From: Chrysomallon squamiferum
Lineage: Eukaryota; Animalia; Mollusca
Direction: 5' to 3'
Length of the DNA: 64,000 bases
Assembly (NCBI GenBank): GCA_012295275.1
Contig: CM022673.1
Coordinates: forward strand, 18,042,001 to 18,106,000
Shown: positions 1 to 53,125 of the stretch, in pieces
How the letters are laid out: every line of letters starts with the position of its first letter
Numbering within the stretch: the stretch's first letter is position 1
Notes under the pieces: generated by a model
The model's input: only the letters and a program-made list of their open reading frames with translations
What the model was told of the DNA's origin: nothing
Databases searched by the model: none
Position numbers and translations under genes: made by a program

Positions 1-47
1 CTGTCCTTATCAACATCGTTACAATTATTATTTTCATTATTATTATT

Positions 48-79
<32 letters not shown>

Positions 80-134
80 ATTAACGATGTACACGTACCG
101 GTACAATCAGGTAACTGAAATGTTTATTTTGTAG

Positions 135-11174
<11,040 letters not shown>

Positions 11175-12388
11175 CAACGACAGTGATGACATTTGTACCC
11201 GAGACCGGACTCACGCAGCCTTTCTGTCCTAGTTTTACAAGATCCCATGAGCCTCACTACTGTCCTGTTTTAATAGTTAAACATTTCTTAACACATTTCC
11301 AGGAACTTCATTTCTGTAAATTACAAGCTATTTTTATTTATTTTGTTATTAATACTGAAAGACGATGAAGATTATATAATTATAAGGTCGTTCAATGTGG
11401 AGGTGCAAATTTGAAGATGAGGTGTTACATTTTATTTATGTACATTCTAGACATGTTATTTATACTCGTGTGTTCTTTATGGTTACTTTGTTGTCGGATT
11501 ATAATTACTGAACCTGCGACTATACGAGCCAAACCTTGATAAGTACTTTATGTGTGTACACACACACACAAACACAACACACACCTACCCAAATATATAT
11601 ATATATGTATATATACACATACATACACACACATACACACATACATATAGACATACACACATACATATAGACACACATACATGTAAAAATATTTCTTCGT
11701 GTTGATTTAGATTTATTGCCTCTGAATGTGTGTGACAGTTTGTTACACATTAATTTATTTCATGTGTATGTTGATCAAACAGCTTTTTATAGTTTATATA
11801 ATATATTACAGTTTCTGATGTTAGTAATTAAAATTAACTCTGAGCGGTTATATTTATTTTTTCTGACATTTTATATCTGTTGTTTTGTACACGATATCCG
11901 CATATTACTAGATGTGTTTGTTATTCAAATAACGCGAACACTATTTTCAAAAGACTCATACTTTGATTTATAAGACAAGTAAAAATTCTGAAAAAAAGAA
12001 AGAAAAAGAGAAGAAGAAGAAGAAAAAAATAGAAGTTAGACAATTATGTCACAGGGAACATAAACTGAGTGATCACCTAGCACTTGCATATTTATCTTGT
12101 TTCTAAATATTTCACTATAATCAACTCTGTGGTAAAATCTCATTATAGGTTTGTTTCGAGAGTTAATTTGGAAGCTGAAGACTACAACATTATTTGTAAT
12201 ATATTTAACATTATCTACATAACTAACTTTTCTTCAGTTGTATATATACAAGATATGCGTGATTTGTTCTGATTACAAAGTTAAAAAATATTCAGCATCT
12301 TCATTTTAACTATAGAAATTGTGTAGATGACGTTCAGATCCATACCCAAACAAACCACCCACACAAACGCACACACACACACACACAC

Positions 12389-12432
<44 letters not shown>

Positions 12433-12710
12433 ATATGATTTATTGAGTATATGTTATTTATGTTAATACTGTAAACAGATACCGTTTTTTATTTTTAAAT
12501 TAAACATATTAGAGTTGATCATGTTTTTTGTTTTACATCATCATCGTTATCATCATCATCATCATCACCATCATACATATATCATAATCAGCAGTATAAT
12601 AAATATTACAGACACTGACAATTCATCATCATAATCAGTAGATCTAGAAGCGTCGAATCCAACCTAAAAAGCCTAAAAATATGCCGTGTGTGTGTGTGTG
12701 TGTGCGTGTG

Positions 12711-12742
<32 letters not shown>

Positions 12743-12832
12743 CGTGTGTGTGTGTGTGTGTGTGCGTGTGTGTGTGTGTGCGCGCGTAAAACTTCCTAAA
12801 TAAGCCAGATTTTACTATTATTATTGCTATTA

Positions 12833-12876
<44 letters not shown>

Positions 12877-13655
12877 TAATAATAATAATGATGATGATGA
12901 TGATGATAAAAATAGCAACAAGTGCAATAAAACAACAAGAATAATGTTAATATTACTAATAGTACTATTATTCGGGTCATTATTTATAAAGATATGTATC
13001 TTTTTCGTCTGTTAAATAAAGCTAAAACCGATTAAAAGTAATAATTATAGTGTTTAACAGTTTCTCCTTGTTACCATAGTAATAGCACTTAACAGTTTTC
13101 ATAAACTTGTTGTAACTGCGAGAGAATCACTAACATTAAACATAACTGCTGAAACACCTTTTAGTAGTCGAACTAATCTCGGATAACTAACATCTGCAGT
13201 AAAATTAAAATTATTGAAATATCTCGCCACTTACTTCCTCAAAAAATGGTCCTACAATGGATGATGATGATAATAATGATGATGATTGTGATGATGATTA
13301 TGATAACTGTATCAATGATATAAAAATAACATAAAATTATTAGATGGATAATAAAAATAAACAAACAAGTAAATAAATGAATAAAATAAAATAAGTAAGT
13401 AAGTAAATAAATGACTAAATAAATAGATAATAATAAAAATAAATAATTCACACTGGTAACTAGTTAAGATATTTAATTGATATAGAAAACAAAACAATAC
13501 TGTCTATTGTGAATACATCAAGTTTTATTCACGTTACGATGTATAAAAATAAAATACAAAATTATTTCTTTCTTTTTTATGTGGATACAGACATGATATG
13601 AAAATTATAACCATATGGAATCATTTACTGAATATGCGTTCAGCATATCCTACCC

Positions 13656-13705
<50 letters not shown>

Positions 13706-14509
13706 TTTACTGGAAGAAGAGACTACGAATTTTTTCTTACCTAAATTAGTAAAGCAAAAGATTCTTACGCGGAAGATTGTGTTCCGACTCATGCTGATGG
13801 GGGTTTGAGAATCTATTAATTAATTATTAGTACAATACAGTATATGCCGTAACGTTTTTCATTAATGATTTATATGCACAGAAATATTGTAAACGTTGAG
13901 TACTTAAATAACAGAAAATAGAAAACAAAATGGAAGAAAAACATGTTATAAGTTCATTGTCTCACAAAAACAGTTTAATCACGCATTCATTGTCTCACAA
14001 AAACAGTTTAATCACGCATTATCTAATTTTCTATAATTTTAAAGTATACAAAATCTAACAAAGTCTACGGAAAAAGAACACTTTAAAACGTATTTGCCAG
14101 TGTTTTAATTAGGTATGTGAACACGTATTTTTAAACATAAACATGACTGAAAATCTGTTAAATTTTACAATTTATTTGTTTATAAAAGGTAGTTTCCTGT
14201 TTCACTAAAAAGATTCAAAATTGTGAATTTGAACTTTGATATCTAACTAGCATCATTCTGCAAATCGCAGATCTCATTTACATACTAAATACAGCATTTT
14301 GTTTGTTAAAATGAAAATTCTTATAGAAAATATTCTTTTATAAATTTTTAAACAATTTGACACAGTTTGTCATGTACATCTAAAAATGCAGCTTTCACTT
14401 ATTTCATATCATTATTCATACACTGGCTGGTATTTTCATATAGCTAATTTCGGTGAAACTATCATTGTTCGTCTTATTATTATTTTATTTTTATTTTCTA
14501 AAACAATTT

Positions 14510-30020
<15,511 letters not shown>

Positions 30021-30049
30021 GGTGCAAGATGTTGTACCAGGTGCGGTTT

Positions 30050-30084
30050 GACTGCTGCGTTTTAATTTTACATCACATTTTATA
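30050..30084 (-). promoter_or_regulatory. Amt copy 1 core promoter (TATA + Inr)
   Basis: TATAAAA (- strand, 30084-30078) lies 31 nt upstream of an Inr-like GCAGTC (A at 30053), followed by a 5' UTR of about 33 nt. The arrangement is conserved in all three copies. Confidence 0.7.
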
Positions 30085-33000
30085 CCACTGCGGTAAGTAA
30101 TCAATATTCCTTATTTTATTGCCTGCTGGTAATAACAGCCAAAGGATAAATTATGTTTTGAAACGCCCATTTTACAGGTTTACTATGTTATGCATCCTGT
30201 ATGCATTCATAAGGTGAGAAAGATAGGACCACATAAAAAGACGAATGTGTCATCTGAAATATTTCACTCCAAAGCAATCTCCTCTGTCATGACCTTCATG
30301 TTTAACATGCTTTGAGTTGTAGCAGTAAAAATTTAATTTGGTTTTAAGAAGAAAAGGAGAAAGATAAAGAGAGGAACACAGAGAGAGAGAGAGAGAAAAG
30401 TGAAAGAAGAGGGCAAAGAGATAGAGAAAAATAAAATAAAAGAAGAACATGCGAACATGGTAAAAGCAAAGTGAACATCAAAGTGATTGTTTTTATTTCA
30501 AGTACATTTCCTCTCTTTCTTTCCATTTTATTATTTATTTTTTTTTTTTTTTTAACAAATGTGAGATTTAATGTACATGTTCTTGTTTGTTTAAACATTA
30601 TTTACTTGAAAGTAGGATGCAGTTTTTCTGTAAATATAAAATAGAAAGAGTTGAACAAAGCTTTGCTGTCAGTACCATTAATCCAAATTTCTGTTGTTAT
30701 TTTTATATTAGTGATTAAAGCAGTTACGTGAAAATTAGTAGACACTCATCTAGTTTAATAACGTGAGATTTCAGACATTATATTACACCCTAAATTCATA
30801 TTAACAGATTGTAAGTCGTGTGCATTTCAATTTCGTTGTTATATATCTATAATACATTCTTCTCTGTACTGTAGTCCTTCAGTTTATGAGAATAAATTCA
30901 GTGTCAAAATGTCAGTTTGGAATGAATTTCTTTGTGTTAACAGCAAATCTACCTTGTGGTCAACCAAACAGTTTTGAGCTTACATTCTGACTAGCTCTCT
31001 TGTGTTCACAGACACTAAGTAAACACGACAAATATTAAGAATCAGATGACCTTGAGCAATAAAACACAATGACTTGTTGAACAGTCTGAATGTTTGACTA
31101 AATCTGATCAAACTATATAGTTAATAAATTATTTATAATCAGAGACTACTGGACGGATTGTTTTTGTATGGGGATGATTTCAAGTGAAAAACCCGATCAC
31201 ACAGTACAAGGTTTAATACACTGCAGAAAAAGTAAGAAAAAACATCTTAGAATGAGTTTCAGAAAATAATTTACTCACGGAAAACAATCATGCCCATCAT
31301 AATCAGAAAGAACTGATCCAGATTTTTTTTCAGATGTTCGTAATCTTCTGGATCGATCATAGTTTTATTTTCCATCTTTGTCAGAAACTGCGGCTACAGC
31401 GACGTCTTGTGAATAATCTACAACAATGGTGCTCTTATTACGCCACGATTTTTGCTAGCTCTGTCAGTAGACTGGTGATTCAAAAATATAAAGTTAATAT
31501 GCGGAGCTGCTTGGGTATGCACGCCTTGTGATTTACATCAACGAATTCTGAAAAAGTGACGCTTGAAAAGAGCACTGGAATGCAGCCATGCATGACCTTG
31601 GAATGCAATTTTATACAGGATTGTTATGGATGTTGTATAACTGTATTGGTATTATAATATACATGTAATCTAAGATAACCTTCCCTCTTTTAATATATAT
31701 TTTATTTATTTTTTAAAAATGAATCTGACAGTTTGTCACGTGACTTAAACGACGTTATCTGAAGTGAATGAGTTTGGTTCTCTTGTCCTGAGGCCCTATT
31801 CACAGTCAGGGTTAATATTTAATGGAGCGTAACACGCACACACGGCCTGGAGAAATGCATACATCGTCTCTAGCAGTAAGCTGCATTGTGTTTCGAGAAG
31901 TTTATTATTTTAAAGCGGGAAAACTCCAAACATTTATGTTAAGAGAGAGGTATGTGGAATAAGGAACAAACAACGAAACAAAGGACTGAAACAATTAAAT
32001 TATTTTAATCTCTTGTAAATTATGTGAAAATAGCAGTATCTGCAGTAGCAGAAGTAGCAGTTGCAGTAGCAATAGTAGTAGTAGTAATAACAGCATCAAA
32101 AATAAATAAATAGTAGTAGTAGTATTTAATGTTTTAAATTCTAAAATTACTGTTTTTAGTTTGTTAAGCGGCAGATACCCATTTCTACAAGAGAAGCAAC
32201 TCACTTAAGTTTAATTATTTCTATTCATTAATTCAATTAAGATCATCGTATCATTATAGCTGTACATAATTCATTTATGGAGATACTGTATTATATAACA
32301 CAATGTTAAAAATAACGCATTTGAAAAACAGTAATATAAAACAGAACACATATGTATGTACGTTTTTGTATGTATGTATGTATGTATGTTTACGGAGAGA
32401 GAGTGAGAAATAAGAAATCTACTATTTCTATTTCTTCAACGTAAAACACGCACATCTATACATGCATGTATCATACACATAGAAGCAAACACCAAATAGT
32501 CACACAAACACACCTATACACACACATACATATAAATAAAACAGAAAATAAAAAATAAAACAAAATATTAAAAATAAAAATATAATCAAGAAACAATTGT
32601 TTGGGGAAAATATTTTTTATTGCAAACGTGACTAAGTAACTGTAAGGAATGTGAAATAAAGACATCCGTGATGATATAAATAAAACAATTTCTCAGTACC
32701 CTTCACAGTTCATCTGATTAGATTACAGTTATTCAGATGCATCTTGTGTTAACTGACTACTTCCAGTTAGTTTTTTTCAATATATTTAATTTTCGCGGTT
32801 CGTGAACCCGGCAGTTAGACAAGGATGTGCTTTGCTATTAAACCTGTCTTCATACATCAACTTTGCTGTTTATGCTGACAGTAAAACTGATACTGACAAA
32901 CAACAAGATCGCTTTTTTTTACGCCTTGTTTTCTTACAGATTTATGATTACAATTCTATTCACTGTTAAACACTAGGAGGTCTGCATCATCGAAGGTCCC

Positions 33001-33569
33001 AGGTATAAATTATTTAGTACCTAAGATGAATATAAGAAGAGTTAAACCATGTCTCTTGTTCTTGTAATGTTTATATCATAGATGTGCATACATTATATAT
33101 TATTACATAGAAAGAAATTGAATGAAATTTAGAAAAACGTGACCAAGACTATATGTTAGGTAATACAACTTTCAAGGTAAACTGTATTTAATTACAGTAG
33201 ATAAAAAAAAAAAAAAAAAAAAAAAAGGTCAAAGAAATATAAAGTCTTAGGGGAGCGGATTCCGTGTTCGAATTCATAGGTTTGTGTATATAAATAACAA
33301 AGTAAGTCATCCGTGACCATTGCTTTTTTTATATTAAGTGATTGCTTGGCTGTACCATTATCAGACTACACAGCACAAAACAAACAAACCTGACCTTAAT
33401 CTGTAGCTTACTTTTCTTCTGTCTTTCTTTTATTCGTTCTTTCATTTTTCCTTACGTTCATTTTGTCTTTTTTATTTTTCTTCTTTCTTGACTTGTTTTT
33501 TTCTTTATTTCTTTTCTTTGTTTCAGTCCTTCTTTCTTTTCTCTACACGTGCTCTTCTAACAACAACAA

Positions 33570-33610
33570 CAACAATAATGATGGTCATAATGATAATAAT
33601 AATAATAGTG

Positions 33611-33675
<65 letters not shown>

Positions 33676-33955
33676 GATGATGATGACGACGATGATGACG
33701 ACGATAATGATGATTATATTTATTATGATGATGATTATAACTGTGGTGATGATAATGCTGATGATGGAGATAATGGTGGTAGTGATAATAATAATGGTAT
33801 TAGTAATAATGACAAATCAGCATTACCATTACAAATGCATCATGAAAAAACAACAGCAGTATCTATTGCTACTTATAAAATAAAAAGTACTTCTGTATTT
33901 ATTTAGTAATCTGGTTTCACTTTTTCAAGTATATCGCCTCAAGATACCTCTCTCT

Positions 33956-34051
<96 letters not shown>

Positions 34052-34056
34052 TCACA

Positions 34057-34103
<47 letters not shown>

Positions 34104-34411
34104 AGCCTTTCTGTCCTAGCTTTACAAGATCCCATGAGCCTCACTACTGGCCTGTTTCTTTACAAATTTTCGTGAACTTCATTGCTGTTAATTATAAGCT
34201 ATTTTTATTTATTTTGTTTTTAATACTGAAAGACGATGAAGATTATATAATTATAAGGTCGTTCAGTGTGGAGGTGCAAGTTTGAAGATGAGCTGTTACA
34301 TTTTATTAATGTACATTCCAGACATGTTATTTATACTCGTGTGTTTTTTTATCGTTACTTTGTTGTCGAATTATAATATTTAATAAACCTGCTAACACTT
34401 GATAAGTACTT

Positions 34412-34420
<9 letters not shown>
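33570..34420 (+). pseudogene. Decayed duplicate of the BMAL1 3' end (last introns, relic of penultimate exon, 3' UTR)
   Basis: 33670-33950 aligns to 10140-10435: ttcactttttcaagtatatcgcc-tcaagatacctc versus ttcactttgttcaggtatatcgccatttcacactcaagatatctc, with the acceptor CAG>CAA and a 10-nt deletion. After a (CT)n/(CA)n tract, 34104-34420 aligns closely to the BMAL1 3' UTR at 11216-11560. The terminal TAD coding exon is missing. Confidence 0.85.
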
Positions 34421-34443
<23 letters not shown>

Positions 34444-34726
34444 CACACATATAGACACACACACATCTACATCTAAACAAATAATAAATAAATAATTAAG
34501 ATATTTATTTGATAGAAAAAATAAAACAATACTGTCATTTTGTAAATACATCAAGTTTTATTCATAAATTATGATGTATAAAAATAAAATACAAAATTAA
34601 TTTTTATTTTATATCGATACATATATGATATAAAAAGGTATAGTTATATGAAATCACTTATAGTATATGCGTTCATGTTCCTCAATAATTATAATGATAA
34701 TAATAATAATAATAATAATTATAATG

Positions 34727-34775
<49 letters not shown>

Positions 34776-35182
34776 CGATGATAATCAGACTGCAGCTACT
34801 ACAGCTACTACAAATTATACTTCTAATACTACGACTACTATTTCCATTATTATTACTATAGTTAGTATTACTAGTATGGTCACTAGAAGTACTAACAGCA
34901 GTTACGTTTTACCTCTAATATTACACGAGTTCTGTTGTAATTGCTGCTACTGCTACCACAACTACTATTACTCCGATACTACTACTACTATTACCACTAC
35001 TACCACTAAACTGGTGGAAACAATAAAAAAAAGATGGTATAAAAATATTTGTGAAAGAAATAAAATTCTATAGCTGTTCTTTGATAAAAATTTGAAAACT
35101 AAAATATTTTATGCGGTAACCTTTTTTCAGTCCAGAGTAAAATCAAAGAACAAAATATAACTTATAAATTATGGGTATTTTT

Positions 35183-35240
<58 letters not shown>

Positions 35241-35250
35241 TAACAATAAC

Positions 35251-35306
<56 letters not shown>

Positions 35307-35343
35307 TAACAATAACAATAATAATAATAATAATAATAATAAC

Positions 35344-35379
<36 letters not shown>

Positions 35380-35465
35380 CATGAAGATGATGATGATAAT
35401 GATAATAATAATGACCATGATGATGATGATGATGATGATGATAATAATAATAATAATAATAATAA
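35183..35465. repeat. (AAT)n/(GAT)n microsatellite
   Basis: Direct reading; an expanded version of 13658-13706. Confidence 0.9.
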
Positions 35466-36293
35466 CTTTACTGGAAGAAAAGACTAGGAATTTCTCTCTT
35501 ACCTAAATTAGTAGAGCAAAAAATTCTTATGCGGAATATTTATTTCGACTAATATTGGTGGGGCGGAGTGGGGTTTCGAGAATCTGTTAATTAATTATTA
35601 GTACAATACAGTATATGCAGTAACATTTTTCATTAATGATTTATGTACACAGAAATATTGTAAACAATGAGTACTTAAATATAATAAATCAGAAAAAAGA
35701 AAAGAAAAATATATATTCAGTTCATTGTTGTCTCATAAAAAGAGTTTTATAACGCAAAATATTACGTTTACAAATCTTTGATTCTTATTTTTAATCAAAG
35801 CCTGAGAAATATATTTTTATTAAAATTATAAAGTCAAATGCATTGGAACTGTTTAAACATCTCACATATAGCATTCATGTGTATTATCTAAAAACATAAT
35901 TTACATTGACACACACAGACACACATACGTTTAAAAATCTTTGATTCGTAAAAATTTCACTGTTTGTTAATTTATATCAGGTAGTTTTCTGTTTCACTAA
36001 AAAGATTCAAAGTTGTGAATTTGAACTTTGATACATACTAAATACAACATTTTGTTTGTTAAAATGAAAAATCTTATAGAAAATATTCTTAAAATTAACA
36101 GCAAGGAAGCTTTTACAAATTTCTATCACAGTTTGATACAGTTTGTCATGTACATCTAAAAATTCAGCTTTCACTTATTTCATATGATTATTTATGCACA
36201 GACTAATATTTTCATGAAGATAATTTTGGTGAAACTATCATTGTTTTTTTTTCTTATTCTTATTATTTTCAACTTCTTTCCTAAAATGAATTT

Positions 36294-46655
<10,362 letters not shown>

Positions 46656-46685
46656 GGTGCAAAATGTGTGTACCAAGTGCAGTTT

Positions 46686-46775
46686 GACTGCTGCGTTTTA
46701 ATTTTACATAATATTTTATACCACTGCGCTAAGTAATGAATATTCCTTATTTCATTTCCTGCTGGCCAATCAAAA
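46686..46775 (-). promoter_or_regulatory. Amt copy 2 core promoter (TATA + Inr, CCAAT motif)
   Basis: TATAAAA 46720-46714, Inr-like A at 46689 (31-nt spacing), GGCCAATCA at about 46764-46772. Confidence 0.7.
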
Positions 46776-47399
46776 GCCAGAGCAGAAACCACGTTTTGAA
46801 ACGCCCATTTTAGTTTTAAAACAATCATTTTTTTTGTTTTTTTAGTTTGCAATATGTTATGCATCAGTGATTGTGCTGATTTGCTCTACTGGTTCAGTAG
46901 CTAGAGAAATAGAAGAGTAAGGAAGATGAATAAACATTTTGTGTCACTGGATACTGAATGATTGATTATTTATGACAGCTCCAAGCATGCGTCAGATTAT
47001 GTAATTGTGATATAAAACTTTAACAAAGAGTATTTCTTATATTTACTTTCCTACACCGAGGGAAGCACAGTGCGCGTGTTTGATAAAAGAGAGGCGGAGT
47101 ACTATATCTAACCCAGAAACAGATTAAGAAAAAATTACAACAACAAAATAAAATAAAATAAAATAATAAAACAATATAAAATAGTTATAATGATGATCAT
47201 GATAACAATAACAGTAATAAATTAGCAAAATTACCAAGAATAATAAAAGTATGGAATACATTTCTTCCTGGGTTTTTTAAAATATAAATATCTATAAAAA
47301 TGTACAAAACAGAATAGGTAGACAGAACCTGTTTCTTCTTACTCAAATTAATAACGACGTATTTTACAACTTGGGTAGACTGAAATGTACGACCTAGAA

Positions 47400-47668
47400 A
47401 TCGGATGCCTAATCTGAGGCTTGTTTGAAAACCCTACAGTAGAGTTTAACATCACTGAATTCTCCATGCAGATCCACAGATAAGTCATTATCTATACTGT
47501 CCATGAGTGACGGCGGCCATCTTGGATTTTGGGCCTTTCCTGAGTCTAAAAATGTGTCTCCTAAGATGTTTGTTTAGTTCATACCTAATTAAGTCAAATA
47601 AATCACTATCTCACTCTGGACATCCGATTCCTACGGGACAGTGAAATCGATACATGGAGGTCTACACT
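47400..47668. mobile_element. Second copy of the GGCGGCCATCTTGGATTTT element (Amt copy 3 intron 4)
   Basis: Aligns to 42160-42425; the last ~100 bp are essentially identical. Confidence 0.45.
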
Positions 47669-48509
47669 AAACATTTTTAAAGATGACCTTTTTTTTCTCT
47701 CTGCCTGGAGGGTCATGGTGACACGAGAAGACCCAGTAACCCACATAGAGTATTTTGTATTTATACACCCGGGCTCGCGTTACTATTGATCAGACATAAA
47801 CCACGACTAGGTAGCATGATCAGATCGTACTCAGACGTAACAGATAGCAGACAGTTTTGTCTCATGTTCTAAGAGACTGATGGTGCGGACGTACTGATAT
47901 GGTCAAATGAATAGTGCTGACGTCCTAACATTGCCTTGTGAAAACCCCCACTGCTTGGTAATATCAGAAATGGGTGTAAGGCAGGGACTAAGCTATGAGC
48001 AACTCTGGAGACTCTCTAGTAAATGTTAATAGTGAATAGTAACGTGTAACAAGTTAAATAAAAAACACATATGTTCTGAAAGTCTAACTTTAAGCTTAAC
48101 ATATTTAGCTTACGACAAAATCCAGCACTGGTTAATTTTGACATTTCAGATAGATTCGTTATTTTATCTTGGGTCTTTAAAAAAAAAAAGAAAAAAAGAA
48201 AATATATATATCTTTTTTAAATATGATTAAATCCAAAAGGTTGTCTTAATCTTTCTATATATGTATATAGTACATACATTCATGATAAATACTAGTGAAG
48301 CATGCCAAATAAAATACCACACCCACAAAAATGGATCCAGAGAGCCAGTGAGGATTGTTTTATGTTCGCACCAGTGCGTGACAGGGATTGTTTGAACTGT
48401 TTTTATTGTGGTAATACAACATTTTTATTTAGGCTGATTAGAAAATGACATTATTCAACGAGAAAGTCTCATAAAATCAGTATACAGAATACACCAGTTC
48501 AATGCTGAA

Positions 48510-48950
48510 AGGTCCGGTGCAGAGCAGTATTATATACTGTATCCCGGTCATCTGCACTGTACCGGACCTTACTGGACTGTACTGCATTGTGCTGCATTGC
48601 ATTGTACTGCATTGTAATGAACTGTATTGCATGGTAATGCTCTCTACTGCATGGTAATTCACTATATTGCATTGTAGTGCACCTTACTCCACTATGCCGC
48701 ATTGTAGTGCATGCACAGATTTGCACTGCACTCCACTAAATTGAACTGTACTGCACTGTACTGCAATGCACTGCATTGTACTGTATTATATTGCACTATA
48801 CTAAACTGTACTGCACTGTTCTGCACTGTTCTGCACTATACTTGACTAGACCAAACTGCACTGTACCGGACCTGGTCTATACGGCAATGTACTGTATACA
48901 TTACACTGTACTGTACTGTACTGTACTGTACTGTACTGTACTATTCTGTT
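48510..48950. repeat. Degenerate pentamer (ACTGT/ACTGC) satellite, paralog of 21540-23350
   Basis: Same flanks (agaaagtctca... on the left, tatatctactctattgaccta on the right). Confidence 0.8.
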
Positions 48951-49338
48951 TTATATCTACTCTATTGACCTACACTGTGTTGTAAAACAACATTGTCTGA
49001 TAGAACTGTATAATTACTGTATTGTTTTAAATGATACTGTAATAACACTGTTGCTTATATACTGATTTGTAACACACAGATTTGTCTCTTACCAGGAGGA
49101 ACTGCTCTGAATTGCGTCAGAATTATGAAAACGTATCGTGTTTTCTGAATCACGGCAGTCTGTATTGAATTTATCGTATTATATCAACTTTTGTAAAGTA
49201 TATTTTTTCTTCTGCTTTATTGTTATACTTACTGCTTTGTATTTCCTAGCGCTAATAACTGGATCAGAATTAATATACATATACACAATGTTATATATAC
49301 CAGTACGTTGTATATTATACATATATAATATTACTTAC

Positions 49339-53012
<3,674 letters not shown>

Positions 53013-53041
53013 GGTGCGAGATGTGTGTACAGGTGCAGTTT

Positions 53042-53125
53042 GACTGCTGCGTTTTAATTTTACATGTTTTATATCACTGCACAAAGTAATCAATATTCCT
53101 TATTTCATTTCCTGCTGGCCAATAA
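53042..53125 (-). promoter_or_regulatory. Amt copy 3 core promoter (TATA + Inr, CCAAT motif)
   Basis: TATAAAA 53073-53067, Inr-like A at 53045 (28-nt spacing), GGCCAAT at about 53117-53123, Kozak gcaccATGG retained. Confidence 0.6.

Noticed and set aside
33463-35506. Poly-Asn/Asp/Ile ORFs
   Set aside because: Translations of (AAT)/(GAT) microsatellites.
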